A stretch of DNA of 64,000 nucleotides. Origin: Eledone cirrhosa. Taxonomy: Eukaryota. Made by a program: the position numbers and the translations under genes. Under the pieces are notes generated by a model. That model was not told the DNA's origin and ran no database searches. It saw nothing but the letters and a program-made list of their open reading frames with translations. Below, piece by piece: positions 1-11,062 of the stretch (positions are counted from its first letter, which is position 1; each line of letters begins with the position of its first letter). The stretch lies in NCBI GenBank assembly GCA_964016885.1, contig OZ024753.1, forward strand, positions 36,332,001-36,396,000, in the 5' to 3' direction.

Positions 1-267
1 AGGGGTTCGTCCGGTAGGAGTGAAAGACCCTGGATTATATATATATATATAGGCCAAGCTGTCGAAATGGCAAGAGCCCAGCTGCCGAGCCCCGACTCTT
101 TGTAATACACACACACACATACATATATGTATATATGTGTGTATGTATGAGTATATATGTGTGTATGTATGAGTATATATGTGTGTATGTATGAGTAAAC
201 AGGACCGAAGTTTCAAGGTTGCATCATATATAAACTTTATACATACATATCCGTATATTATTTATGT

Positions 268-338
268 GAGAATGAGTACTCAATAGGAGAAAGTATGACC
301 CCGACGGCAGAGCTCAAGCCGTTTCGACGGCTATTTCT

Positions 339-342
<4 letters not shown>
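268..342 (-). mobile_element. Truncated copy of HHR-bearing short element family A (3' half of hammerhead only)
   Basis: GACCCCGACGGCAGAGCTCAAGCCGTTTCGACGGCTA matches copies at 6.2, 8.6, 27.7 and 45.7 kb; abuts (TA)n. Confidence 0.65.
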
Positions 343-372
<30 letters not shown>

Positions 373-455
373 TATTTCTGGATATATATATATATATATA
401 TATATACTTAACTGTACCAAGGATCTCGCAGATTTTCCTATATATATATATGCAT

Positions 456-535
<80 letters not shown>

Positions 536-543
536 TGTATATA

Positions 544-632
544 TAGTAATAATAATAAAATTGAAGACTAAAATCCAAAGAGGGCTCGATAAGGAAAATA
601 TATATCAAATATATAAGAACCGTAGAGCAAAT
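544..632 (-). mobile_element. 3' tail of short element family C
   Basis: Reverse complement of 52123-52214 (GCTCTACGGTTCTTATATATTTGATAT...GAGCCCTCTTTGGATTTTAGTCTTCA); embedded in (TA)n. Confidence 0.7.
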
Positions 633-680
633 ATATATATATATATATACAGTATATATATATATATATATATATATACA

Positions 681-722
<42 letters not shown>

Positions 723-810
723 TATATATATGTATATATATATATATATATATATACTGTATATATACTGTATATATATATATATATACTGTATATATAC
801 TGTATATATA

Positions 811-847
<37 letters not shown>

Positions 848-1199
848 GTCCAACCATCGCCCTCCATCACAGACACACAGACATGCATATAATTGCCTGG
901 CTTTGTCATTACATTTTCTCTTCTCCTCCTCTTCTTCCTCTTTCTCCTTCTACTCATCATCATCATCATCATCATCGGCATCATCACCCCCTCCTCCTCC
1001 TTTTCTATAGTTTCTTGTCCTCCCTTCACATCGTATATTGTTAGCCAAAGATCTCTACTTGAAAGAACAGAAACAACAACAACAACAATAACAATAACAG
1101 TCTCAACAACAACAGCAACAAATGCAAAAAAAATACCACACACACACAAAACAAAGCTAAAAAGACAACAAAAAACAACTACAAACAAATAACTACCTA

Positions 1200-1620
1200 A
1201 ATAAATAAAAGAAAAAGAAAAAAAAAGAAAAAAGAAACGAAAAGAAGAAGAAAAGGGAAAAAAAGAAAGGAAAGAAAAGAAACGAAAAAGAAGAAGAAAA
1301 AGAAAGAACAAGGACGGAAAGAAAAAAAAGAAGAAAACGAAAGAAAACGAAAAAAAGAAGAAACGGAAAGAAAAAGAAAGAAACGAAAAAAAAGAAGAAA
1401 AGGAAAGAAAAATAAAGGAAAGAAAAAAGGAAGAGACGAAAAAAAACAAGAAAAGGAAAGAAATGAAAAAAAGAAGAAAACGAAAAAAAAGAAGAAAAAG
1501 AAAGAAACGAAAAAAAGAAGAAAACGAAAAGAAAACAGAAAAAAAGAAAACGAAAGAAAACGAAAAAAAAGAAGAAAAGGAAAGAAAAAGAAAGGGAAGA
1601 AAGAGGTAAAAATGAAATAA
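1200..1620. repeat. Purine-rich (GAAA/GAAAAC) low-complexity tract
   Basis: Direct reading; explains the Phe/Ser-rich ORFs. Confidence 0.85.
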
Positions 1621-1879
1621 CAATTCACCTCTTGTAAATGTGAACCAGTTTTATGGATTAAGATGGTTTTAATTAGCTTGTGTTATATTGAGTGTGAAAC
1701 ATTGTTGGAAATATAACAAGTTTCTGTGCCATATGGTATAGACACTGTCTTGGATGGTGATAACTAAAGAGATCTTTTTATCATTAAAACTACTCCATTT
1801 TAACTATATGAATTTATCACTTATATAACCTCCAGGCTCTCCTATAACTCTTCTATGTAAAGAGGAGATTTTACTATGA

Positions 1880-2400
1880 GTGTCGTTGTATGTGTGGATA
1901 TATGTGTGTGTGTGTGTGTATATGTGTGTGTTTGTGTGTGTGTGTGTGGATGTGTACGTGTGTGTTTGTGTGTGTGTGGATGTGTACGTGTTGTGTTTGT
2001 GTGTGTGTGTGGATGTGTACGTGTTGTGTTTGTGTGAATGTGTCTGTGTGTATGTGTACGTGTGTGTGTCAGTGTGTATGTGTATGTGTGTGTGTGTGGA
2101 TGTGTACGTGTGTGGATGTGTACGTGTTGTGTTTGTGTGTGTGTGGATGTGTACGTGTTGTGTTTGTGTGAATGTGTCTGTGTGTGTGTGTGGATGTGTA
2201 CGTGAGTGTGTCAGTGTGTATGTGTGTGTGGATGTGTACGTGTGTGTGTCAGCGTGAATGTGTCTGTGTGTATGCGTATGTGTGTGTGTGTGTGGATGTG
2301 CACGTGTGTTTGTGTGTACGCGTGTGTGTGTGTGTCATCAGTGTGTCAGTGTCAATATGTGTGTTTGTCTGCCAGTGTGTGTGTGTGTCTGTGCGTGCGT
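1880..2400. repeat. (GT)n compound repeat punctuated by GGATGTGTACGT
   Basis: Direct reading. Confidence 0.85.
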
Positions 2401-2444
2401 GTCTTTGCCTACGACCATCTATGCGAGTCAGTTTCCCCAATCTA

Positions 2445-2820
2445 TCACCCCTCTCCTACCAATCCACCCCTTCCCTACCAATCCACCCCTCCCCTACCAA
2501 TCCACCCCTCTCCTACCAATCCACCCCTCCCCTACCAATCCACCCCTTCCCTACCAATCCACCCCTCCCCTACCAATCCACCCCTCCCCTACCAATCCAC
2601 CCCTCCCCTACCAATCCACCCCTTCCCTACCAATCCACCCCTCCCCTACCAATCCACCCCTCCCCTACCAATCCACCCCTCCCCTACCAATCCACCCCTC
2701 CCCTACCAATCCACCCCTTCCCTACCAATCCACCCCTCCCCTACCAATCCACCCCTTCCCTACCAATCCACCCCTCTCCTACCAATCACCCCCTCCCCTA
2801 CCAATCTACCCCCTACCCCC
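2445..2820. repeat. 19-bp minisatellite (CTACCAATCCACCCCTCCC)n
   Basis: About 19 tandem units visible; G-run-rich on the minus strand. Confidence 0.9.
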
Positions 2821-3579
2821 TCTATATGGTGGTTGTAATCACAATATAATCACTGTATTGACAATGGATATTATCAATATTATTGCTGTTTCCATCACCA
2901 ACATCATTATCATCATTATCATCACCAAAACCATCATCTTCCTCAACCTCTCCTCCACCACCACCACCACCACCACCTCCTCCCCCTCCTCCTCATCATC
3001 ATCACTATCATTATCATTATCGGCCTCGTTATTGTGGTTGATCCTGCTGGTTTCTCATGTCCCACCCGTAACCGCAACCCCTACCCTTACTTGCAAGAGA
3101 ATATATATATATAACGAAAGAGAGAGAGGGGGGGGAGATAGTGAGAGAAAGGGGGGAGAGATAGTGAGAGAGAGAGAGGGAGGAGAGAGATAGTGAAATA
3201 GAGAGAGGGGGAGAGAGATAGTGAGAGAGAGAGAGAGGGAGGAGAGAGATAGTGAGAGAGAAAGAGGGGGGGGGGAGATATAGTGAGAGTGAGAGAGAGA
3301 GAGCGAGAGCGAGAGCGAGAGAGAGAGAGAGAAGAGAGAAGTGGGAGAAAGAACGAAATAAAGGAAAGAAAGAAGGAAATGTTGAAGGAGAAAACGTAAA
3401 TGAAAGAGAAAAGGAAAAAAAAATATATTGAAAAGAATAAAAACCTACTTGAACATTTCCAACATACAAACATCAAATTAAAACGATAACATCTGTGGTT
3501 ATTGTCATCATCATCATCATTATCATCATCATCATCATCATCCCAATCATCACAATCATCATCAACACCATCAACGTCA

Positions 3580-4817
3580 TTGGCAGTATCGGTAGAGGGT
3601 CGGACGCCATGCTTTGACGCATAGAGTTACGGCCCTTGCCATTCTGAGTTCAAATCCTGCCGAGGTTAACTTTGCCCTTCATCCTTACAGGGGTTGATAA
3701 AATAAAGTACCAGTAATACACTGGGGTAATTGCTGGCCTTGTGCCAAAAGTAGAAACAATTATCATCATTGTCATCGTCAAAATCAACATCATCGCCCTC
3801 TCCTCTTTTCAGTTTAACTCCATGTAACTAGTCCAGCGTTTATTTAAAAAAAAAAATGTCTTTGTAGCGTCTCATAATTGTTTCTACTTTAGGCACAAGG
3901 CCAGCAATTACCCAGTGTATTACTGGTACTTTATTTTATCGACCCTGTAAGGATGAAAGGCAAAGTTAACCTCGGCGGGATTCGAACTCAGAATGGCAAG
4001 GGCCGTAACTCTATGCGCCAAAGCATGGCGTCCGACCCTCTACCGATACTGCCAATAATCCCCTCCAATAATGATTTCTACTATAGGCACAAGGCCAGCA
4101 ATTTTGGGGGAGGGGAAAGTCGATTAAATCGACCCCAGTGCGTTACTGGTACTTTATTTTATCGACCCCCGCAAGGATGAAAGGCAGAGTTAACCTTGGC
4201 GGGATTTGAACTCAACCGCCACCTATAATAATTGTTTCTACTTTTGGCACAAGGCCAGCAATTACCCGAGTGCATTACTGGTACTTTATTTTATCGACCC
4301 CCGTAAGGATGAAAGGCAAAGTTAACCTCGGCGGGATTTGAACTCAGATCATAAAGGGCCGTAACTCTATGCTACAAAGCATGGCGTCAGACCCTCTACC
4401 GATTCTGCCAACTCACCGCCCTAATAATAATGATAATAATATCAATTATTATTGTTACTATTATTAATGGGCGGTGGATTGGCAGAATCGGTAGAGGGTC
4501 GGACGCCATGCTTTGACGCATAGAGTTACGGCCCTTGCCATTCTGAGTTCAAATACCGCCGAGGTTAACTTTGCCTTTCATCCTTACGGGGTCGATAAAA
4601 TAAAGTACCAGTAATGCACTGGGTAATTGCTGGCCTTGTGCCAAAAGTAGAAACAATTATTGTTACTATTATTATTTATGTAAACCTCCCTTTACGATCT
4701 GAGTTCAAATCCCGCCGAGGTTGACTTTGCCTTTCATTCTTACGGGGTCGATAAAATAAAGTACCAGTAATGCACTGGGTAATTGCTGGCCTTATGCCTA
4801 AAGTAGAAACAATTATT
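3580..4817. mobile_element. Cluster of six tRNA-derived SINE copies with Nin-like central domain (approx. 3580-3762 +, 3875-4055 -, 4074-4215 -, 4228-4422 -, 4468-4660 +, 4687-4817 +)
   Basis: A-box-like TGGCAGAATCGG, B-box GAGTTCAAATCC, core TTTGCCTTTCATCCTTACGGGGTCGATAAAATAAAGTACCAGT, (ATT)n tail. Confidence 0.85.
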
Positions 4818-4879
4818 TATGTAAACCTCTTTATATGTCGTTTTGTCCTTGTGTTGTCTCCAGTATTTTTGGTCCCTGA

Positions 4880-5320
4880 AATGCCGGTTCGAGATAAACT
4901 CTACATGTATAGAAGTACTGTCAGACGGGCCTGTCCGAGATGTGCAAAGAACGATGAAGCTATTCTGCATACACTCGTTCTATACCCGTGTATTGCTGAC
5001 TTGTGGAGATATGTTGAAAAAACTGTTGTAGCGTAATGGACGTGTCAGGCTAACGACTGAGCCCATCGTGAAGATCGTCTCACTGCCTATCGAAAGAGCA
5101 AGTTGTTTTCCTATGCCTGATGGTTATGGCGAAAGAGGTTAGGTGGTGGACAAAACTAAAAGGTGTAGACAGATACATTCCTCTTCGACCAAGCTCTCAC
5201 TAACTGTCTCAAGTTCCACTTGGAATGGAAGGTAGGGGTAGGGAATGAAGTGTTCTCCTACTGTAGACCCAAAAGATGGGTGAATGCAGTGAACATGATA
5301 ATGGGCCTGTAGATCTAACA
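4880..5320 (+). pseudogene. Decayed L1/Tx1-like LINE ORF2 C-terminus (zf-RVT-like)
   Basis: PVRDKLY..CPRCAKNDEAILHTLVLYPCIADLW, a CxxC..E..H zinc-knuckle pattern, followed by ..FHL..K....RWV.. similar to the copies at 18.3, 46.5 and 52.9 kb. Confidence 0.65.
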
Positions 5321-5530
5321 ACGACAGTTGAGAGAGGGCATTCGTCCTTGATGGTCCATGTCATTGTGAATCTCTGGGGTTCCTCCATTAACGTTAGGTA
5401 TTCAGCCCTCTATACCAGGAGGATTGAATGGCTCCTATAATTCTATACTATATATACCTAATTAGTATATTATATATACCTGACATGTATACTATATATA
5501 TATAACTTTATACTATGTATATCTAACGTA

Positions 5531-5609
<79 letters not shown>

Positions 5610-5614
<5 letters not shown>

Positions 5615-5810
5615 GAGAAAAACCACAAACCCTCCATCTCAATTCTACTTTTGAAAAGCACAAGAACCGCGAAACCGGTAAAGGAACCAAATAAATATAT
5701 TAAAAAAAAAAGACCCCAGTTTCATTTTCGATTTTATCTTTTTTCCTTATACTTTCACTCGTGTAGGACACCTCGTTTTTTTCATTTTGTAAAAAAACCT
5801 CACTTTCTAA
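5610..5810 (+). mobile_element. Short element family B (HHR-bearing), between (AG)n and (TA)n
   Basis: Near-identical to 9677-9890. Confidence 0.75.
5648..5683 (+). ncRNA. Minimal type I hammerhead, U3:A8 core, weakened stem II
   Basis: ctt-TTGAAAA-gcacaagaaccgc-GAAA-ccgg-TA-aag. Confidence 0.55.
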
Positions 5811-6114
5811 TATATTATATATAACCTGATTAGTTCTTTCGTTGTTTTTGGTATTGTATGGTTGGGTTTTGCCTACCGCAATTTTCAATTTGTCAAGCTT
5901 TTAAACGTAATGTTATTACTCTAAGGACCTACCCTTATTGAGTGCTTTGCTACTCATTTCTTATTGTAGGTCGGCTTTGCTTGGCCACAGCCAAAGCTTC
6001 GATTTTACTAAGCTTCCACTTGTATATCTATATATATATATCTAAAGTACCAGTAGAGCGCCCGTGATGTTTGCTCAACTCGTGTGTTACACCTCTATTC
6101 TTTTAAATATATAT

Positions 6115-6307
6115 AACGGAGGAAATGTGGTAAGGAACCAGGTGGACCATAACGCACCAAAGTACTCAATACTTAGGGTAGTAGAGTGGGTAATAGGAAC
6201 GAGTAGGACCCCGACGGCTGAGCTCAAGCCGTTTCGACGGCTAATTCAGTCCAGAATTAGCCGTCGAAACGGCTTGAGCTCAGCCGTCGGGGTCCTACTC
6301 GTTCCTA
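6115..6307. mobile_element. Family A element with fold-back inversion
   Basis: ~6193-6246 and ~6255-6307 are inverted copies of the HHR 3' half; (TA)n on both sides. Confidence 0.8.
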
Positions 6308-6325
6308 TATATATATATATATATA

Positions 6326-6483
6326 TATTGTTATGCTTTGGGAGGGTCATGTTGCCAATAAGAAACTCACGCACCAGTTGCTTTCACTCCAATTTATTAT
6401 AAATTAAATTTATAAATATAAATTTAAGAATTTATAAATTTCCGGTTGGTTGGCAACAATTACCCTCCCAAAGCATAACAATA
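6326..6483. mobile_element. Short fold-back / MITE-like element with ~30-bp imperfect terminal inverted repeats
   Basis: TATTGTTATGCTTTGGGAGGGT...ACCCTCCCAAAGCATAACAATA. Confidence 0.6.
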
Positions 6484-6783
6484 TCGGTTTCAACACACGT
6501 TTTCAGATAAAGAATCTTGCTAAACAAATTCAGAAAAGAAATATTAACGACGGCCTATGCCTCCGTTAATTTATCGTGATATTTCGCTCCTAGTAACAGC
6601 CTTTCCTATCTCTGTTTGGTTGAGCACACTTCTCTGAGTGGCTTTGGGCTGCCCTTTCTAGCAGTTCGTCTCTCAGAGGCCACTGGTTCACTGCCCTTAA
6701 ACACGCTGTGACTTCTCTCTCCCACGTGTAGCTGGACAGTCAATTGTAAAATTCTCTTAGTGTTGTCTGAAATGTATGGCCTT

Positions 6784-6865
6784 ACACACGCTGATGAACC
6801 GAGACTAGACCATTTCTTTCAACAAATTTTTTTGGTGAAACATATCTTTGGATTTGTACGTGTGT
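6784..6865 (+). ncRNA. Type I hammerhead ribozyme, canonical core
   Basis: Stem I ACACACG/CGTGTGT (7 bp); CTGATGA; stem II accgaga...ttttggt; GAAAC-a.atc-tttg-gat.t-GTA cleavage triplet. Confidence 0.85.
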
Positions 6866-7119
6866 TATATAGTTATAGAGGTATTTATTTACGCTTTAAT
6901 TTATATTTTTAATTATCATGTCTATAGTCTGCCTTTCATAGGTTATAGATTCCATACACTGGTGGTTTTTTTCCCTGTATTATTGATAACGCACTATATA
7001 TCTCTCTCTGGTGTGTTACCTTCTCAACATATTATATTTTATATATATATATATATAATATAATAATTATAATGAAATGACAGGAGGCTGGATTTGTGTA
7101 AATCCTTGAAAGGTTTATT

Positions 7120-7177
7120 ATACTATGGTCATTTCAATGACCGGGTTCCGCATGAATCCGGTGATATCATCAGGTAT
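7120..7177 (-). ncRNA. Type I hammerhead ribozyme
   Basis: Minus strand: atac-CTGATGA-tatcaccggattcatgcggaacccggtcatt-GAAA-tgacca-TA-gtat, then AATAAA. Confidence 0.75.
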
Positions 7178-8487
7178 TCGAAATATAATACGTGAATGTA
7201 TTAGATAAAATCCATGGGGCTGAAAATCGAGGACCCGAGGGCGACCGCTATTCAACACCTTTTTATATATATATAACTTATACTATATATATCTAACTTG
7301 TATACTATATATCTAACGTATACTATGTATATATCTAACTTATTTACTATATATATAACTAACATGTACACTATATTTACCTATTTTCTATACTATGTAT
7401 ACGTCAGTTCTATACTATATACATACTATATATACCTAACTTATATACTATATATACTTAACTTATATACTTTATATACATGTTACCCTTTTCTCACTTC
7501 TATGTACCCCGTCCCCCTTGATGATGTAACTTATCCTTTTAATGTCCCCTCCATTCGATAACCTTGTGGCAAATACAACATTTACTATTGTCTTCTTCTT
7601 CTTCTTCTTCTTCTTCTTGCTCCTGTTGTTGTGCCTATGTTTTGATACTTCTTTGAATTATTTTCTTTTGTTTGCATGTATGTATGTATGTGTGTATGTA
7701 TGTGTGTATGTGTGTATATATGTATATATGTATGTATGTGAGTATCTGTGTATGTATGTATGTATGCATGTGAGTATGTGTGTGTGTATATATGTATGTG
7801 TGTATGTGTGTATGTATGGATGTATGTATGTGTGTATATATGTATGTATGTATGTATGTGAGTATCTGTGTATGTATGTACGTATGTATGTATGTGAGTA
7901 TGTGTGTGTGTATATATGTATGTATGTATGTATGTGTGTGTGTATGTGTGTATGAAGTGTGTGTATGTATGTATGTATGAATGTATGTGTGTGTATATGT
8001 GTATGTGTGAGTGTGTGTACATTGTCAAATGCTCAGAATGTGTATTATAGGGCAGACCGCGTTCCCTGCTGGTTTGTAAACAATGGACTATTTAAAACGA
8101 TAACATACACAGTACATAACAAAAACAACAATAACAACAACAACAACGACGACAACAACAAGAGCTACAACAACAATAACAACAACAACAACGACAATCT
8201 CAAGAGCTACAACAACAATAACAAAAACGACAATAGCAGCAACAGCAACGTCACAATAACCATAATAATTGTAATACCAAAACATCAACTATAACAAAAT
8301 AAACGACAATAGTGTCAACAGCAACAACAGCAACAACAACAATATAAACAACAGTAACTGTAATAGCGACAACAATAACAACAATAACAACAACCTCAGT
8401 TGTTAGCAATAATAGCAATCTATCTATTATCTATCTCTCTATCTCTCTTTATCTCTGTCTATCTGTCTATCTACTTACCTACCTACC

Positions 8488-8550
<63 letters not shown>

Positions 8551-8554
<4 letters not shown>

Positions 8555-8714
8555 AACAAGTAAGACCCCGACGGCTGAGCTCAAGCCGTTTCGACGGCTA
8601 ATTCTGGACTGAATGAAAATTTATTCTGGTATTTATATAGCCGAGCTTATCAAGGGGTAATTCCATATATGGTGCGTTATGGTCCACCTGGTTCCTTACC
8701 ACATTTCCTTCGTT
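8551..8714. mobile_element. Family A element: HHR segment (-) joined to inverted 3' tail (+)
   Basis: 8669-8714 is the reverse complement of the tail at 6115-6160; flanked by (TA)n. Confidence 0.75.
8565..8658 (-). ncRNA. Complete family A type I hammerhead with U3:A8 core and long stem II
   Basis: Minus strand: acccc-TTGATAA-gctcggcta...tagccgtc-GAAAC-ggct-tgagctc-agcc-GTC-ggggt. Confidence 0.8.
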
Positions 8715-8811
8715 ATATATATATATATATATATATCCCAAGGCATATGTCCCAAGGCTCTGATACCATCAACACTATAAACACAGAGCTGGCATATCTG
8801 AGAACTGACTA

Positions 8812-8867
8812 ACTGCCTGATGAGGTCATAGCCATTCAATGGCTATCATTGAAATATATATAGCAGT
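8812..8867 (+). ncRNA. Type I hammerhead with palindromic minimal stem III
   Basis: actgc-CTGATGA-ggtcatagcca-ttcaa-tggctatcatt-GAAA-tatata-TA-gcagt, then AAATAAA. Confidence 0.8.
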
Positions 8868-9042
8868 AAATAAAGGATTATGAGTTCATGGCACCTTATA
8901 GGCACCCGTTTTACGTGTGTTGTGTTGAGGCAAATAACTATGTGCATACTCTGGTAATGTATCTTACATTGCCCATTGAGTGCGCTGAGATACAACCGGT
9001 TCTGATAAATATGCTGGGTCCGTCAACCCTTATTATTATTTT

Positions 9043-9085
<43 letters not shown>

Positions 9086-9197
9086 TAAAAGGAATTCCAA
9101 CTTTGTCTGATTTACTCGTTTTATTTACAATCCTCTAGAATTTATAATGGTATTATAATGAAATAGTATGGTAGAATATTAAATGTTAAGTGTTAAT

Positions 9198-9236
9198 TGA
9201 ACAAGTACTTTCATGCTTTCGCAATCTTCAGGTTCA
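9198..9236 (-). ncRNA. Minimal type I hammerhead (Penelope-type)
   Basis: Minus strand: tgaac-CTGAAGA-ttgc-gaaa-gcat-GAAAG-ta-CTT-gttca; AGTACT palindrome in stem III. Confidence 0.8.
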
Positions 9237-9384
9237 TAATGTGTGGTGACAGTCAAGTTTGCAATTTTCTCTCTCTCTCTCTATATATATATATGGATCG
9301 ATCGACTTTCGTCAAATTGGACCGAGGAGACAATGTTTTCGTTGGTCTTTCCAGTTGCTAATACTATCTATCAGTCGCAACTCC

Positions 9385-9492
9385 AGGTGGAAGGAGCAAC
9401 ATGAAATAAAGTGTCTTGCTCAAGGACATAAAGCATCACCCGGTCTAGGAATCGAACTCACAACCTCAAGATTGTAAATCCAATTCTCTAAC
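9385..9492 (-). mobile_element. Partial copy of second tRNA-SINE family
   Basis: GGAGCAACATGAAATAAAGTGTCTTGCTCAAGGA...GAATCGAACTCAC matches 41041-41296 and 46783-47034. Confidence 0.7.
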
Positions 9493-9587
9493 ATATATAT
9501 ATATATATATATATAAAGAAAAAGAGATGAAATCGAAAATGTAACTGGAGTCTTATTTTTCTAAAAAATATATATATTTATTTGGTT

Positions 9588-9625
9588 CCTTTACCGGTTT
9601 CGCAGTTCTTCTGCTTTTCAAAAGG
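9588..9625 (-). ncRNA. Minimal type I hammerhead, U3:A8 core
   Basis: Minus strand: cctt-TTGAAAA-gcag-aagaa-ctgc-GAAA-ccgg-TA-aagg. Confidence 0.72.
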
Positions 9626-9713
9626 TGAGTTGAGATGGAGGGTCTGTGGTTTTTCTCACATCTTTTTCTTACATCTGATGTGAGAAAAACCACAGACCCT
9701 CCATCTCAACTCA

Positions 9714-9751
9714 CCTTTTGAAAAGCAGAAGAACTGCGAAACCGGTAAAGG
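9714..9751 (+). ncRNA. Minimal type I hammerhead, U3:A8 core
   Basis: cctt-TTGAAAA-gcag-aagaa-ctgc-GAAA-ccgg-TA-aagg. Confidence 0.72.
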
Positions 9752-9882
9752 AACCAAATAAATATATATATTTAAAAAAAAAATAAGACTTCAGTTGCAT
9801 TTTCGATTTCATCTCTTTTTCTTTATACTTTCACTCGTGTAGGACACCTCGGTTATTTTTCATTTTGTAAAAAAAACCTCAC

Positions 9883-9959
<77 letters not shown>

Positions 9960-9962
<3 letters not shown>

Positions 9963-10108
9963 CGAAGGAGGTGTGGTAAGGAACAAGGTGGACCATAACG
10001 CTCCAGAGTACTCGATACTTTGGGTAGTAGAGTGGGTAATAGGACTGTCCAGAAATAGCTATCGAAACGGCTTGAGCTCTGCCGTCGGGGTTCTGACTCT
10101 TTTCCTAT
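9960..10108. mobile_element. Family A element with internal inversion
   Basis: Tail in minus orientation (9960-10044) joined to HHR 3' half in plus orientation (GAAACGGCTTGAGCTCTGCCGTCGGGGT). Confidence 0.75.
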
Positions 10109-10332
10109 ATATATATATATGAAGTAGGATATAATGAAATTTCAATTTAAAATATTTTCATTGTGTATAACAAACGTAACATATATTTTATTGATTATTG
10201 TGTGTGGTTTTGTGTATTACACACACACACTCACACACACTCACACACACTCACACACACTCACACACACACACACTCATACACTCGCAATCACACAATC
10301 ACACGCACATACATATGTACGAACATAAATAC

Positions 10333-10366
<34 letters not shown>

Positions 10367-10449
10367 ACAGGTTATGCTTATAACGTTTACAACGTCCCTT
10401 AATCAGAATATCTACTGGATATTAAAACAGACTGATGAGAAGGTAAACG

Positions 10450-10836
10450 ACGACACCACCACCACCACCGCCACCACCACTACCAACACCACCACCGCCA
10501 CCACCACTACCAACAACGCCACTAACACCACCACCACCACAACCAACAACGCCACTGCCACCAACACCACCACCACCACCACCACTACCAACAACGCCAC
10601 TGCCACCAACACCACCACCACCACCACCACTACCAACAACGCCACTGCCACTAACACCACCACCACCACCACCACCATGAAAACGACCAGCACTATCATA
10701 ATAACCACCACAACCAACACTACAAACACCACCAACACCACCAACACCACCAACACCTCCACCGCTATCACCACCACCACCATCTCCACTACTACTACTA
10801 CTACTACTACTACTGCTACTACAACTGCTGCTGCTG

Positions 10837-10877
<41 letters not shown>

Positions 10878-10932
10878 GTTGCTACTACGACTACTACTAC
10901 TACTACTGCTACTACAACTGCTGCTGCTGCTG

Positions 10933-10970
<38 letters not shown>

Positions 10971-10982
10971 GTTGCTACTACG

Positions 10983-11023
<41 letters not shown>

Positions 11024-11062
11024 AACTACTACTACTACAACTACTACTACTACTACTACTAT
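10450..11062. repeat. Compound (ACC)n/(ACT)n/(GCT)n trinucleotide repeat
   Basis: Direct reading. Confidence 0.9.

Larger units (their letters stand above)
9516..9890. mobile_element. Family B element with ~145-bp near-perfect inverted duplication
   Basis: 9516-9662 is the reverse complement of 9677-9825; (TA)n on both sides. Confidence 0.85.

Noticed and set aside
438-1628. Long YI-, F/S- and CV-repeat ORFs here and throughout the window
   Set aside because: Translations of (TA)n, (GA)n, (CA)n and (TATG)n, which lack stop codons; no domain content
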